Assembly: GCF_018350175.1 (NCBI RefSeq)
Contig: NC_058368.1
Span: forward strand, 223,388,001 to 223,452,000
Direction of reading: 5' to 3'
DNA from: Felis catus
Taxonomy: Eukaryota
DNA length: 64,000 nt
Both the position numbers and the translations under genes were made by a program. Below are positions 26,745-40,996 of this stretch, in pieces. How positions within the stretch are numbered: the stretch's first letter is position 1; the number at the start of each line of letters is the position of its first letter. The notes beneath the pieces were generated by a model, which was not told the origin of the DNA, searched no databases, and saw nothing but the letters and a program-made list of their open reading frames with translations.

Positions 26745-28644
26745 AGCAATTTTCATGGTTAATATTAATTGCCATATTCAAATGCACAATATTGTGAAAA
26801 TAATGAGGTATACCACTGAATAAAGTTAGGTCATCTGTGCTTATAGAAAAGAAGTGTAACAGTGTGGCTCCTTGGGAGTCATTATGACTGTCATTTTTAA
26901 AAGAAAATCTACTTGTTGTGTTATAGCATTGATTTAGAAAAGGGCCATTTGCGTTGTGATGAATTCCTTGTAAGCTATTGGCTATCATATTGCATTTTTT
27001 TTTTTTTTACTTACCAAAAAATGTTATTAAGTAAAACAAAGTGAACATGGGTAGACAGAATAACAAAATATTCTGGAGGGTAAAATGTAACTCAAACGGG
27101 TCCATGAAGACACTCTCACGCACTTTATCAATGTAAATGAACAATTACTTCACTTTTTTCTCTAATGTGCTGCACATTATCATGCCAGTGATGATTATTC
27201 TACTATTTTGTAGCAATTATTCTATAGAATAATTGTCTTCTTTGTCCTTTAAACAACTTTAAAGAAGTATTTCTTTAATTTAGATTTTCTGTAACTTTAT
27301 TAAATGCCTACATTCTTCAGAACTGAGACCTAAGAGGATGAAATAAAAAAGTTAATACTGATTGTTGTGGCGCAAAAAGGAAACTCACTATGAGATGAAA
27401 TTATACCTGCCTTTGGAATCAGCAGTCTACTGCGTGTGTGGCATTTTAGAAATGAAAGTAGGTTAAATAGGATTGTGCTTGGAAACATCATTGCCATTCT
27501 CAGAAAGGCCACGATAAGGGTTTTAAGACATTTAGTGATGCTAAAATGGCACATTGTTATTAAAAAGCTGGTAAAGATGTTTTGATTATATAACTTGATA
27601 AATCTCTTTAAAGAAATAATTAAAACTACAATTTTAAAATAATAATTTAATGCAATAATTTCATCTTTTCTATTTTTATAGATACATACCCAAATTTATG
27701 CAATTATAATTTTCCTTTCACTGAGAATCAGTAGGTTTTAGTACAAATTTTGATTGTTTTGCAGTCACTCTAAATTTTCAAAAGTAATTACTCTCTATCT
27801 AGAAAATTTTCAAGGAAAACCATACTATATCACAATGCAATTTTCCTGAAAGTAAATTTCACGTCTTTTTTTTCTCCACAAAAATTGTATAAATCTTTAC
27901 CTCTACACTCTTCTGTGTACTGATGAAAAGATACCTATAAGTAAAAATCACCTAATAATATTTAAGATATTGTAACACATTATAGAAATAATACATTTTA
28001 ATTTCTGGAAGATAGAACACAATGGTTTATATTTTATTCAGATTATAAGTATGTAATTTATAGACCCTAACCTCAATGGAGCACAGATTCTTAGTTTGGC
28101 ACATAGAGAAAAGATATGGAATTTACTGCATGACCCTTAAACTCCACAAGGTGCCGTGTCCTTGGAGATGTATTAAAACATCCTAATCTTTTTCATGTCT
28201 TTGTTCCTCTACAATCTCTAACTCCCAGGCCTATTTCCATTTGCAGCTGTGTTCTTTGTTCAGGGCAACAAGAAGAGACACCAGCTGTGCTTACTTTATT
28301 GCACTGCTTGTTGGGGGACTGATTTCTGGCCAAACATCTTGGGAGCTTCACTCTGGATATCTTCCAGGATTCTAGTAGCCATTTTAAAATCATTACCCTG
28401 GGGCTTAACTTCAGAAGGAGATAATTTCAGTGAAATGAGGCTGACACTGCTGTTCTACATGCTAAATTAAAAGTGCATATGAGGAGTCACACTGAACAAC
28501 TAATGAAGTGGAAATTGGGAAGAAAATTCTAAGTTTCATAACTTTTTTCCCCCTCATAACTTTTCCCTTGTGTCAGTTAGCTTGTGTTTGGTAACAAATA
28601 AACCCACAACTTAGTGGCTCAAAACAGCATCCATTTTACAGTGA

Positions 28645-29175
28645 ACTATGAGAAGGATATAAATTAAGAAAACAATCCTATTTACTATAGCATCAAAAAG
28701 ACTAAAATACTAAGGAATGTATTTAAGAAGGTGAAAAATTTGTATACTAAGATCTGTAAAATATTAGTAAAATAAATTGGAGAGGACACAAATAAATGAA
28801 AAGGTATCCCATGTTCATGGATCAGAAGAATTAATATTGTTTAAGTGTCCATTCTGTCTAAAGTGATCTACAGATTCAATGCAATCCCTAGCAAAATGTC
28901 AGTGGCAGTTTTCACAAAAATAGAATAAACAATACTAATATTTTTATGGAACCTAAAAAGATTCCCTGATAGCCAAAGCAATCTTGGAAAAGAAGAACAA
29001 AGCTAGAGGCATCACACTTCCTGATTGCAAGCCATCTTACAAAGCTATGGTAATCAAAACAGTATAGTATTGGCATAAAAGCAGACACTTAGATCAATGG
29101 AAGAGAGCTGAGAAATATTCATGTAAATATGGCCAATTATTGACAAAGGAACCAATAATATATAATGGGTAAATT
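28645..29175 (+). mobile_element. LINE-1 ORF2 fragment, sense
   Basis: atcccatgttcatggatcagaagaattaatattg, gatctacagattcaatgcaatccct, aagaagaacaaagctagaggcatcacacttcctgat. Confidence 0.85.
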
Positions 29176-29937
29176 TCTCCATTTACTCTTTATGAAAATA
29201 GACTAGACTTGGAATTCTCCTCTTAAAATTGATCAATTTATAATATAAAATGCTTTGCTGGAATAATTTTTTCACCATAAATTGGACGCAAGTCACGAAA
29301 CTTAAATCTTCACATCATGTTTTTAAAAATATATTTAAAGAGTGATTTTCTTGTGTATACCCCTCAGTGTAGGAAATTGAAATACAAAGCAAACCAATTA
29401 GAATTTTGACAATTCTAGATTCAACTTGTGTGCATGTAATGGTAAAAAGTATAATAGGTGTAATTTCCATAGTGGCCAATGGAAGATTTTGTTATATAAA
29501 TTGACCTTGGAGCTTAACATGTCTCTTCGTGGAGATAATGCTTAAAAAAAAATAAATCAGCACAACTTAAATTTCTTCCTAAAAGTAATCTTAGAGCATC
29601 CTAGACTTATTATTTTGTCACTTACCACCTTGCCTTCTTATAAATGACTTTAAACTTGTATGCTATTTTACTGGCCTCTTTAACATATTATGTCTTTAAT
29701 TTCCTTGTCATAAAACATTACAAACATAATGGGCAGTAAATAAACTATATATAAAATAAAAAAAACTATATATATATATTTTATAGAGGTGGGGAGTTAT
29801 TATTCCATATGATATTTTCCCTGTATTGTTATCATTTATTCATGAATATAGTTTCCAATTAAAATCATTCTTATTTTTCACAGAAGTTCACTAGTATTTT
29901 ACATAAATTCATCCTAATAATGACCAATTGTGTTGTT

Positions 29938-30012
29938 TCCTCCTCTCTTCCTCCCTCCCTCCCTCCCTTCCTTCCTTCCTTCCTTCCTTCCTTCCTTCCT
30001 TCCTTCCTTCTT
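29938..30012. repeat. (CCCT)n(CCTT)n microsatellite
   Basis: Read directly. Confidence 0.95.
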
Positions 30013-32204
30013 ACTGGAAGAATAGACCTAACCAAAAATCTCATACTAAATACTTTCCATTAGTTAATTGTCACTGATAATCTTAATTAACGTATGCCCT
30101 TACCCCTATATTTTAACAAAAGCACGTGATTTGAAATCATTATAAAATTTTATAAATTAAAAAAAATATTTGTGTGTGAAATCAATGTATCAGGGCATAT
30201 GCTCTTGAAATCTCTTTCTCAAAATGTACACGTGCAAAAAATTCAGCCTCAGGTTTAACTGAACTTGACTCCTAATTCTATTATGAATTTCATATTCCTT
30301 TTTTGAGACACCATTTTGGGTGATTCATTTTTTAGGAATCATATACAGAGTGAAGGAACAGTGACCCAGGAGAGAGTAAAGGCAGAGCAATCAGGTATGA
30401 ACGTTCAATGTTCAGGTGTAGAGAGAAGCGTCAGCCTGAGGTTTGGTAGGCCCTGCTCCTAGTTACAGAATAAATGCATAGCAATCAACTATATGTAGAA
30501 GGAAGTGATCAGGAATTGGGTAAAAACACTGCAATCAGATATAACTAGGAGACAGAGTAATGAGGCATAGACAGAAGGCAGAGTGATCAGGTAGAGAGGT
30601 CACAGTGAGGAAGAAGAATGTTTGTGCCATTATGGATTCCTGCTGCCATCTATCAGATATCTTTGTACCCACTAGTTTTCAGTGATCAGTCAGTCCTTGA
30701 TTGGCAGGGCTCCCTGCTGTCTCATTTGTAAGTCCTCTTGAGATCAACTGGGTTTCTCTTGGATACATTTCATTTCCCTCCTTAGTAAATGGGGAATATT
30801 ATTCTTGCTCCCTTCTACCGGTAAGGAGAGAACTCAGAAGTTCAGGCTAGTCCCTTTTTTGCCTGCACAGGCCAAGTGGCCTCTTTAAATCTTCTGCTGC
30901 CGTGTGGCCTCGAAGCGCCTCTTCTGCAGAAGTGGGCACTAGTCTGAAAGCTGATCGCAGCATTGCAAGTACATAGCAAGAAATAAGCACACACACAAAC
31001 ATAAGCAGATTTGATGGCTTCTGTTTTATTCAGCTGTGTGTGGCCATTTGTTATGTAGCGATAAAAAAATACAACCAAGTAGAAAAGTCTAAGTATGCAT
31101 GAAAGAGCTATGTAGAATGTCACGTGGTTATTGAAATTATATTTGTTTAGTTGGCATGGAAATATTCATGACGTATTATTAGGTGCAAAAGAAGCTGCAA
31201 GGTGTTCTCTTTGGTATATACATAATTACATGATAGACATTTGAATACACCAAGATAAAACTATGGAAAGACATACAATACACTATTAAGATTGCTTTTC
31301 TGAAGGGAAATGACGTCGCATTTGTATTTATTTTTCTTACTAAGATCATGCTGTACTTCTCTGATTTAAAATACTCAGTTTATCACCGAGGCATAATTTA
31401 AACTGTTCTGTCTGATATATCTCCCCTTGGCATGTCAAAGAGGATATTCAAAAAAGAAACCATAAATATTTCAAAAAGAAACCATAACAACAAGATAGAG
31501 TAACAAAAATGAGTGAGAGATGCTGAAAATTCCTGGAGCGTTGAAAACATTGAAAATTGAATAGGGGAAAAGAGGTCAGATTTATAACCCTGAGGATTAA
31601 AGGTGAAAATTGTTCTACCCATGAAAGCCCTAGGAGATTCAAAAACACAGAACGACCTGGGGAAGTCACACAGGCAACTTAATAAATTAAAGCTTTTATA
31701 ACAAGAAAGACTTTTTTCAATCTCATCTGTGCATACAAAGAAAATGTGTCTCTATTCTATTGTAAAGCCGTTGATGATTTCCCCCTAAATACTTAGGGGT
31801 ATTGGAACATGGGAATGAAGCAGAAAATAGCTTTCAGTGAATGAAAATTCCCTATCAGAGAGGAACAACAATAAAAAAAGAGTAAAAGAGATTTCCCAGG
31901 GGGCAAATGTCACAGTCCCTTCTGATGGAAGTCATTCTTCTCTTTTGGGGGACACAAAAGTCCTTGACCCACTGGGCACCCATCCAGCCACACTTATTTA
32001 GAGGTAGCATTCCTATTTTAAAGGGTAAGCATCAACTCAATTTCTGTTTTAACTTTAAAATTTTTCAGCTTTATTGAGTTATAGTTGACCAAAGGAATTT
32101 TATTTATTTAAGGTGTGCAACTTCATATTTTTGATGTATGTGTTCACTATGACAAGATCACCATGATCAAGCTGATTAACATATTCATCATCTCAGTCAA
32201 CATT

Positions 32205-32396
32205 GCCTGCCTTCTTCCCTCCCTCCCTCTCCCCCTCCCTCCCTCCATGCCTCCCTCCCTCCCTCCCTCCATCCCTTACTTCCTCCTTCCTCCCTCCCTT
32301 CCTTCTTCCTTCCTTCCTACTTCCTTCCTCCTTCCTTCCTTCCTTCCTTCCTTCCTTCCTTCCTTCCTTCCTTCCTTCCTTCCTTCCTTCCTTCCT
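32205..32396. repeat. Polypyrimidine (CCCT)/(CCTT)n tract
   Basis: Read directly. Confidence 0.95.
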
Positions 32397-33575
32397 GTGA
32401 TGAGAATGAAAGATCCATGTTGTTAGAAAATTTCAAATATGCAATATAGTATTGTTAACTATATAGTCACCATGCTGTTTTCTAAATCTACAGAAACTAT
32501 TCATCTTGAATAACTGATATTATATACCATGTGACCACCATCTCCCCATTTCCCCTCACTCCATAGCCCCTGGACACTACCATTCTACTATCTGCTTTGT
32601 GAGTTTGAGTATTTCAGATTCCACATTTCAGTAAGATAATATATCTGGCGTTGTGTGCCTGGCGTATTTCCCTTAGCATAATCACCTCCAGTTTTCCCTA
32701 CATTGTTGTAAATGGCAGGATTTCCTTCTTCTTTAAGGCTGAATAATCTTCCAATATATATTCCATATATTTTTGCTTGTTTCACATTTTCTTTAGTCAT
32801 TTGTTTTTGATGGACATTTAGACATTGAAGTTGTTTCTATATCTTGCCTGTTGTAATTAATGCTGCAGTGACAGGAGAGTGAAAATATCTCTTTTACATA
32901 CAGTGATTTCATTCACTTTGGATTTATTTACATACTCAGAAGTGGGGTAACTGGATCATATGATAGTTCTTGTAAATTGTTGAGGAAACTTTATACTGTG
33001 TTTTTTTTAATATAATGGCTATACCGATTTACATTTCCACCAACAGTGTCCAGTGGTCCATTTTCTTCCCACCCTGCCAACACTTATCTTTTATCTTTCT
33101 TATAATAGTCATTCTAACAGATGTGAAGTCATATCTCATTAAGCTTTTCATTTACGTTTCCTTGATGATTAGTGACATCGAACAGCAGTGTACCCATTAG
33201 CCATTTGTATTTCTTTTGAAAAACATCTATTTGGATCCTTTGCATTTTTTAAAGATTGGATTATTTGTTTTTTGTTTGTTTGTTTTTTGTTTGCTTGTTT
33301 TGCTATTGAGATGTATCAGTTTCTTTTAGATTTTCGATATTAAGTCCTTATTAAAAATAAAGTTTGCAAACATTTTCTCCTATTTCCAGGGTTGTCTTTT
33401 TACTGTTGACTGTTTTCTATGCTGTGCAGAAGCTTTTTACCTTGATTCAATTCCATTTGTCTATTTTTATTTTGTTTTCTGTGTTTTGGTGCCATATCCG
33501 GAAAATCATTGCCAAGACCAATTTCAAGAAGTTATCTCTATGTTTTCTCCTACATTTCTCCTGTTTCTTTATTCC

Positions 33576-33578
<3 letters not shown>

Positions 33579-33647
<69 letters not shown>
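33579..33647. repeat. (TC)n(TA)n microsatellite
   Basis: Read directly. Confidence 0.95.
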
Positions 33648-33650
<3 letters not shown>

Positions 33651-34070
33651 TGTTTTTATACTATTTTGATTATTGTGGCTTTGTAATATATTATGAAATC
33701 AAAGTGTGATGCCCCCATTTTCATTCTTTTTGCTTATTTGTTTTGACTATTAAGGGTCTTTTGTGTTTCCATATGAATTTAGAGGTTTTGATAAGGATTT
33801 TATTGAATCTGTGCATCACTTTGGGTGTTGGGGACATTCAAAAAATATTAATTCAACTCATTTTTTAAACACAAAAGACAGGAGTTAAACAAATTGAATA
33901 ATTATCCATTACAGAGAAACAAAGATAATTCAGATAAAATAGAATAATTTAAATTAAAAATCTAATTTGCTGACACTGAAATCTGAGATTTTACTGCATT
34001 CATTAAACAGGAGTAGACTGAAATGAAAAGTAAAGTTTTCAAGGAACAAAAAAAATCGATTTCTAAAATC

Positions 34071-34290
34071 AGGGTTGCCTGGGGTGGCTTAGTCGATTAA
34101 GCATCCAAGTCTTGATTTCAGCTTGGCTCATAATCTTGTAGTTTGTGAGTTCAAGCCTCTTATCAGGCTCTGTGCTGACAGCATGGAGCCTCTTGAGAAT
34201 CTCTCTCCCCCTCTCTCTTTGCCCCTCCCTGTTCTCTCTTTCTCTCTCACTCAAAAAATAAATAAACTAAAAAAAATTAATAAGAAAATA
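34071..34290 (+). mobile_element. Can-SINE
   Basis: Head, (CT)n, tail. Confidence 0.85.
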
Positions 34291-34516
34291 ATAAAGTAAG
34301 ATGCTTAAATTAAAACAAATAATTATCAGTGGACTGAATGATGTGATGGTCATAGCTGAAGATTAAGTTGGTGATCTAGCAAATAAAGCCAGGGACATCT
34401 TACTTTGTGTAGTGCAAACAAGACAAAGTGGAAAAGCATATATGACATAGTAATAGACATGGATGATCAACTAGAAGTATTTTTCTTCTGTTGTGGGAAA
34501 AAAAAGATATATACAT

Positions 34517-34715
34517 ATTTTAAGTTTATTTATTTATTTTGAGAGACAAGGGGGCGGAGGGGCAGAGAGAGAGAGAGGGAGAGAAAGAATGCCAAGCAGG
34601 CTTCTTGCTGTCAGCACACATCCTGATGCAGGGCTAGATATCACGAGCCATGAGATCATGACCTGAGCGGAAATCAAAAGTCAGATGCTCAACCAACTGA
34701 GCCACCCAGGTGCCT
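34517..34715 (-). mobile_element. Can-SINE
   Basis: Reverse complement SINE. Confidence 0.85.
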
Positions 34716-34892
34716 CTCCCCCCGCACACACAAAGAATATATTGAACAAAAGAAAACCTGAGTTTTCAACTTGAAAAAATATAAATAAGCACCAAGCAGG
34801 AAAACTAATTAATTAACTAATTTGAGAACCCACATTCAAATTTCCTTGGATAATGAAATTTTAAAATGTAATGTAAAAAAGAGATAAGTTTT

Positions 34893-35075
34893 GAGGTACC
34901 TGGGTGGCTCAGTTGGTTGAGCATCTGACTTCAGCTCAGGGCATGACCTTGTGGTTCATGAGTTGGAGCCCCACATGGACTTACTGCTGTCAGTGCAGAC
35001 CTGGCTTCAGATCCTCTGTCCCCCTTGTCTCTGCCCCTCCCCAACTTGTGCTCTCTCAAAAAAAAAAAAAGAGAG
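34893..35075 (+). mobile_element. Can-SINE
   Basis: Head and A tail. Confidence 0.85.
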
Positions 35076-35597
35076 AGAGAGAAATGTTTAAGGACAAATA
35101 TTTCTCAAATTACAGTTTTCATGAGCAAAGATACAGATGAAAAAGACAATGGAAAACTGTATAAAAAGTCTTTCATTGCAGCATCATGATTATCAATAAA
35201 ATATTAGAGAAAATAATTTTTCTGATATGAAAATACTTAGAAAATTTCAGACATGGAAAAACTAGGAAAAATCAACAACCATATCTACTGCCAAAGCATG
35301 AATATACTAGAAGTATTTATTATTAAGAACTTTAGCAAATTACTAAACTACACAGTATTTCTAGAAAGAAGGATATTTGGATTTAGAAAATGAGTAGAAA
35401 ATATGCCATATGCCTTAAGAACTGTGAAAAAGCATTTGATCTTGATTCTGTTAACATTCTCGTTTTTGTGATAAAAGCTTAGAAATCTAGACATTTTCAT
35501 TTCACATTATTCACGTCACATTAATGGGTTTTGCAGAGAATAATTTTTGTGTCATCAAATAGTGCTTACTCTTGACTTTTGAAAATAATTTATGGAC

Positions 35598-36103
35598 ATA
35601 AGGTAAGACCAACAAAATGAGAATGAGCAAAGGCTATTTACTCAGAGTTTGCTATAACAAGACGATTAACCACAATCATTCACTTGCATTTTTGCAGAGA
35701 TTCCAAAGCAGGCCGAAGAGTTGGAAAGGTTTATAGTGAATCAAAGAGAAAGTTTTGAGTATGCCATGATTGGAGGGGTTGCCATAGAGAAACTGTAGGT
35801 GGGTGACCTAGAAGCAGAGCGTTGTATATGATTGGAAGGGGAGAAAGGTGTAGAGAAATTGCAAGTTATTGATTAAGTCCTGGCCATTTGGGGCTGGATG
35901 TTATTATTTGACTTCCTGGATTGTTGGTAAGGTGAATCATTTAACTTCCTAGACATATGACTTACGGAGAATAAGTAGCCTGGTTCCTGGGCTGGTTATT
36001 GTAGATAATGGGTTGGTTTCTTGGGCTGTTTGCTACAAACTGTGAGTCAGAGTTCTGTTTTAATTTATGGTCTCAACGTTGCCCATTTATATACAGTCTC
36101 TCA
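35598..36103 (-). mobile_element. ERV1-type solo LTR relic (family uncertain)
   Basis: Ends ...cagtctctca, which is TGAGAGACTG on the minus strand. The motif aggtaagaccaacaaaa...aaggctatttactcagag is typical of an LTR 3' end read in reverse. Confidence 0.5.
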
Positions 36104-36367
36104 AATAAAACCTTAGAAAAAGCATAAAAGATGTAATATAATGTATACCATCAAAGAAAGCCATAGAAAATCATAAGTCATGATATACTATATACCACAT
36201 AGACTTAAATCATGTAACTGACAAAAATTATGAGTGAAAAGGTGATAAATTATACATATTTTCTCCAAAATCATTAGGATCATACTATTTGCTACCTAAA
36301 ATTATTGAAGTAAAATATAGGGATTTAATTAACCATTTTACCCATAACAATAAAAGTAACAGTAATT

Positions 36368-36587
36368 GGGGCGCCTGGGTGGCGCAGTCGGTTAAGCGTT
36401 CGACTTCAGCCAGGTCACGATCTCCATCTCGCGGTCTGTGAGTTCGAGCCCCGCGTCAGGCTCTGGGCTGATGGCTCAGAGCCTGGAGCCTGTTTCCGAT
36501 TCTGTGTCTCCCTGTCTCTCTGCCCCTCCCCTGTTCATGCTCTGTCTCTCTCTGTCGCAAAAATAAATAAACGTTGAAAAAAAAATT
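36368..36587 (+). mobile_element. Young feline Can-SINE
   Basis: CpG-rich; TSD aaaagtaacagtaa. Confidence 0.9.
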
Positions 36588-36669
36588 TAAAAGTAACAGT
36601 AACTAATTAAAAAATAACATTAAAATAGCATTACTTAATTTTAATTATTAATTAAAACTACTAATGTAA

Positions 36670-36834
36670 AGGGTGCCTGGATAGCTCAGTTGGTTAACCA
36701 TCTGACTTCAGCTCAGGTTATGATCTCACAGTTTGTGAGTTTGAGCACCACATCAGGCTCTGTGCTGACAACTGGGAGCCTAGAGCCTGGTTCAGATTCT
36801 GTCTCCCTTTCTCTCTGACCCTCCCCCAATTGTG

Positions 36835-36867
<33 letters not shown>

Positions 36868-36905
36868 AAAAATAAATGAATAAACAAAAAGTAAATAAAT
36901 AAATA
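36670..36905 (+). mobile_element. Can-SINE
   Basis: Head, (CT)n, tail. Confidence 0.9.
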
Positions 36906-37204
36906 AAATTAATGATGTAATTAAATTGCATGATGCAAGAGGTGTTGGGAGGTAATTGTGATGCAATGAATCCATCATGTTTAATTATGGTATAGCAATG
37001 AATAATTTTCAGTTGTGATACAATCAGAAAATTTTAAATTATAATGAAAGAACAAGCAGTAGGACAAAGAGTTGGTATACCCAAACAGTGGATCTGGTGA
37101 GAGTGAGCATAGAAACTAAGAAGTAAAGAGGCTTCTAACTGTATATATGCACATTTTTTTTCTAGTTTATTTTTGGGGGGGCTACTTTAAAAATATACAG
37201 ATTA

Positions 37205-37388
37205 GGGGCAACTTGGTGGCTCAGTCAGATGAGCATCTGACTCTTGATTTGGGCTCGGGTCTTGATCCCAGGGTCATGGGATCAATCCCCACGTTGGGCT
37301 CTGCCCTGAGAGTAGAGCCTACTTTAAGAGTCTCTCTCTTTCCCTCTGTCCACTTTCCCTGCTTGTGCTCTCTCTCTAAAATTAAAAA
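37205..37388 (+). mobile_element. Can-SINE (older subtype)
   Basis: Same subtype text as 763-992 (gatcccagggtc...gagtagagcctactt). Confidence 0.85.
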
Positions 37389-38554
37389 TATATATACATT
37401 TGCATATATGAATATTTGATATAATGAAAATTCACCTGAAATAATATTGCACTATTCAGAACAATGCTGAATTTAGTAAAAATTTTTATTTTTCAAATAG
37501 AATTTTCTCCACTGAAAATTAAAGCAATTTATAGATATAATTTCTAATGTTTGATAAGAAACTGATATTAAATCCACAGCACTGCAATGAGCTTAATTAG
37601 CACATCTGCTAAATTAAAGAACCTACTGGTGAACACTTTGAGAAATATTGAAGTTTTTAATTATGTGTGTATATATATATTAAATTTTCATGCATATATG
37701 AACATTTTCTCCACTTCAAAAAACAATTTCTGTCAAAATCTCATGATTTTATTTTGCATAGAATGAACAACTCTCTGAAGTACGTATTTGTCAGATTCCC
37801 ATATGTTGACTAATTTAACGTTTGAATGCAAAGAACACAGATTTTCATTTAAAAGTACTCACTGTATTAGAATTGAGTACAGAACCTAACCTTTGTATCT
37901 GGTCAAGTATAGTCGTTACTCAGAAAAGCAATGCAAGGTAGCTGGGGAGAGACCCGTTAATACCGAATGTATCACACAGAGTTTAAGCACGAAAACAAAA
38001 TCCACTGTTAATTAGATCAAGAGCAGGAATCACATATATGGAATAAGTTACAAAAATGAAAGAGGTAAAAGACCAACCAAGTTGCAGGTCATGAGGCAAC
38101 CAGCGAAGGAGTCCTGTATCCCTAGGGCTAGAAGAGTCGTGTTATCTGACCCTAGGAGCTGGGCTTTGTTGCATGGATCCGGGGAAGAAGGGAGCTCAGA
38201 GGGGGCTGAAACCATTGCAGAAGCGCACACTGCCAGAGATACCACGCTAAGCAGAAAGAGGGAGGGAGGGTGGCGGGGAGGTAGAAGGAACGGAAATAGG
38301 CATGCCTTTCCTTCTGCATTGCAGTTTTCCTCTGGTCCCCACCTTTGTTTAGGTGGTAAGGAAGATTCTAGAAGGGCACAGCAGTATTGTCAGTACCTGG
38401 AGATTACTTCTGCTAAGTAGTCCAGACACATCTTTATGTTACAAGATGTCTTTATTGAATTGGCCTTTCACCATGTAGGCAGAGGGTAGAAATTTAATGC
38501 TACCTCTCCCCCAAATAGATGCAGTTGGATGGCCATTACATACCACCAAGGAAA

Positions 38555-38566
38555 CGCACACACGCG

Positions 38567-38622
<56 letters not shown>
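38555..38622. repeat. (CA)n microsatellite
   Basis: Read directly. Confidence 0.95.
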
Positions 38623-38864
38623 AAGGTGAAGACACTGTAACTATTGAACTCAATGGAACTATTAAACTCCATCATGACTGGTTGGAGAAATAGATGGTAG
38701 GGGAAAGAATGTCACATATCAACACAGATAAGACCAGGCTTGAATTCCGCCTTTTCTAAATGTCAGCTACACAACCTTTTTGGACCTCAATGCCCTCACC
38801 TGCAAAATGGCATTAAATGTAATTTTCTCAGTAGATTGATCTAATTATTCAATTAAATGACAGA

Positions 38865-39070
38865 GGGATACCTGGGTGGCTCAGTGGGTCAAGCGTCCGA
38901 CTTCGGCTCAGATCATGATCTCACAGTTTGTGGGTTTGAGCCCTGCATCGGGCTCTGTGCTAACAACTCAGAATCTGGAGCCTGCTTCAGATTCTGTGTC
39001 TACCTCTCTCTCTGCCCCTCCCCTGCTCACACTCTGTCCCTCTCTCAGAAATAAAGAAACCTAAAAAAAT
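38865..39070 (+). mobile_element. Can-SINE
   Basis: Head, (CT)n, tail; TSD-like aattaaatgWca. Confidence 0.9.
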
Positions 39071-39279
39071 TAAATTAAATGTCATAGAGCAGAGTGTTTT
39101 TCATATAATTGGTACTAAATTCATGTTACTTCCTGAATTATTATTCTTTTTCTTTTTAAGGAATATACAATAAAATTTACTTGAATAATGTGAAATTTCA
39201 AATTATTCAGTTCCATAAAAGGGATCTAGTTGAAAGTACACAGAACTTATGATGGCCATGATTTAAAATACACAGTTAC

Positions 39280-39515
39280 AGGGTTACCTGTGTAGCTCAG
39301 TCTATTAAGCATCTAACTCTTGATTTCCGCTCAGGTCATGATCTCACTGTTTTGGGTTTGAGCCCTGTGTCAGGCTTTGAGCTGACAGCACAGAACCTGC
39401 TTCAGATTCTGTCTCCCCCGCTCTCTCTGCCCCTCCCGTACTCACACTCCTCTTCTTTCTCTCCCCCTCTCTCTCTCAAAAATAAATATATAAACTTTTT
39501 AAAAATAAAAAAAAA
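39280..39515 (+). mobile_element. Can-SINE
   Basis: TSD aatacacagttaca. Confidence 0.9.
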
Positions 39516-40855
39516 TAATACACAGTTACAATAGTGATTTTTGTTTTGGTACCAGATGTTTCAGAAGTGTTCTTGCAGAAGGATTTTTTAAAAATCCAAT
39601 GACTCCTGGGTGAATACTCAAAGCTTTATCAAATTACACAATGGCTGGAATCCTGTGTTATTGCTCTGTTGGTGAAATTACAGTCCTCCTGTGTAGAATG
39701 AAATTTTAGTTGTATCTTGATGACTATTGCTTTTTCACACTCCCTGGAAAAATCTTCTGAGAATTAAGCCCTAAGAGATTCCTTCAGAGAGATTCTCTGC
39801 CTACATAAATCCTTAGCTTATTTTTACTCAGAGTTCTTGCTCAACATTGATTCACTTGATATTTTAACAGAGCTGTGAACCCTGACAAATCATGCATAAC
39901 GATTTGCAATCTCAGAGAATATTTGCTTGTATTAAAATGCCTTATTAAATATTTCAGATTGGTCTTTAGAGACTTTCAAAAAGTCCACTCTTTCTGCTCC
40001 TCCATTGATATGTAACTTTCTAAAATGTGTGCTATTTATAAAGCTGTAGTACAAAAAAGAAACCAAATGAAAAGAGTGACACAGAGCAATTCCCAAAGGA
40101 AACAAGGCTTAAATTTTATTGCAGAAAAGATATCTTGAAAGCTTTTTTATGTACTTTAATCTATTATTTTTTTTCAAATTTGTATCAAACATCAGCTGAA
40201 AGGTACTAATCCCTAGCATGGGAACAGTTAAGTATGTGCCACAGGAAATATTTAAGATGAAAATTTTGTACACTAAATAGCCAGTGAAGCTTTAAAAAGC
40301 TTTTGTGGTTTTTTTAAATAGGAAATAGTTGTAAAATTAAAGCTTATAAAGCACTTTTAAAGTTTTCTTTGATTGGAAGCCAGTTATAAACAGAAGGGGC
40401 TACCGGTTGAATATATATTGACCAATATATAATAATTTATAGAAAAAATAGATTATTTTAATATTGTAGAATAATGGAATTTTTGTCATTACTTCATATA
40501 TTTTCATTTGGAAATACAGCATTATAAAGAATAATAATTTTTCCACTATGCATATAATTGGGGGACATAGTATGAATAAAGGAATTGAATTGTCCAATGT
40601 GGGATACCCTTCTTAGAATACATACTGATTTGTTTTCTCTTTTTAACCAGGAAGAAAAACTCTTCATTAACATAACCAATATATCTCATTAACTTACTGA
40701 AAAAATGCCAAAAAGTATATCACTAGTAGTGCCTAATGTTTTAAAAAAGTCAGACACCATTAATTTCTACCTACTTTTATCAACTTGTGAAAATAACTTT
40801 TATTGTATCTCATTTATGATATAGCTGGTATCACATAGCATAGGGAATTACCATC

Positions 40856-40857
<2 letters not shown>

Positions 40858-40895
<38 letters not shown>
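40858..40895. repeat. (TG)n(CG)n microsatellite
   Basis: Read directly. Confidence 0.95.
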
Positions 40896-40996
40896 CATCT
40901 GTGACTTGTAACTTTAGATTCTTTGACAGATTCAGTTAAAGAACACCTGTAAATCCTGAGAATAAATGTAATTTCTTCCCACTGACACTGTAACAC

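Larger units (their letters stand above)
32060..33850 (-). mobile_element. LINE-1 3' fragment (L1MA-like) with embedded microsatellites
   Basis: 3'UTR terminus (tttattgagttatagttgac...aaggtgtgcaac) and ORF2 C-terminal remnants (tgctgtgcagaagcttttta, aaaatcattgccaagacca). Confidence 0.85.

Noticed and set aside
32115..33709. Low-complexity ORFs (PSFL, YI, SL repeats)
   Set aside because: Microsatellite translations.
38040..38430. GC-richer patch with a 112-aa ORF
   Set aside because: No domain or splice support. It may be an old LTR relic, but I cannot assign it.
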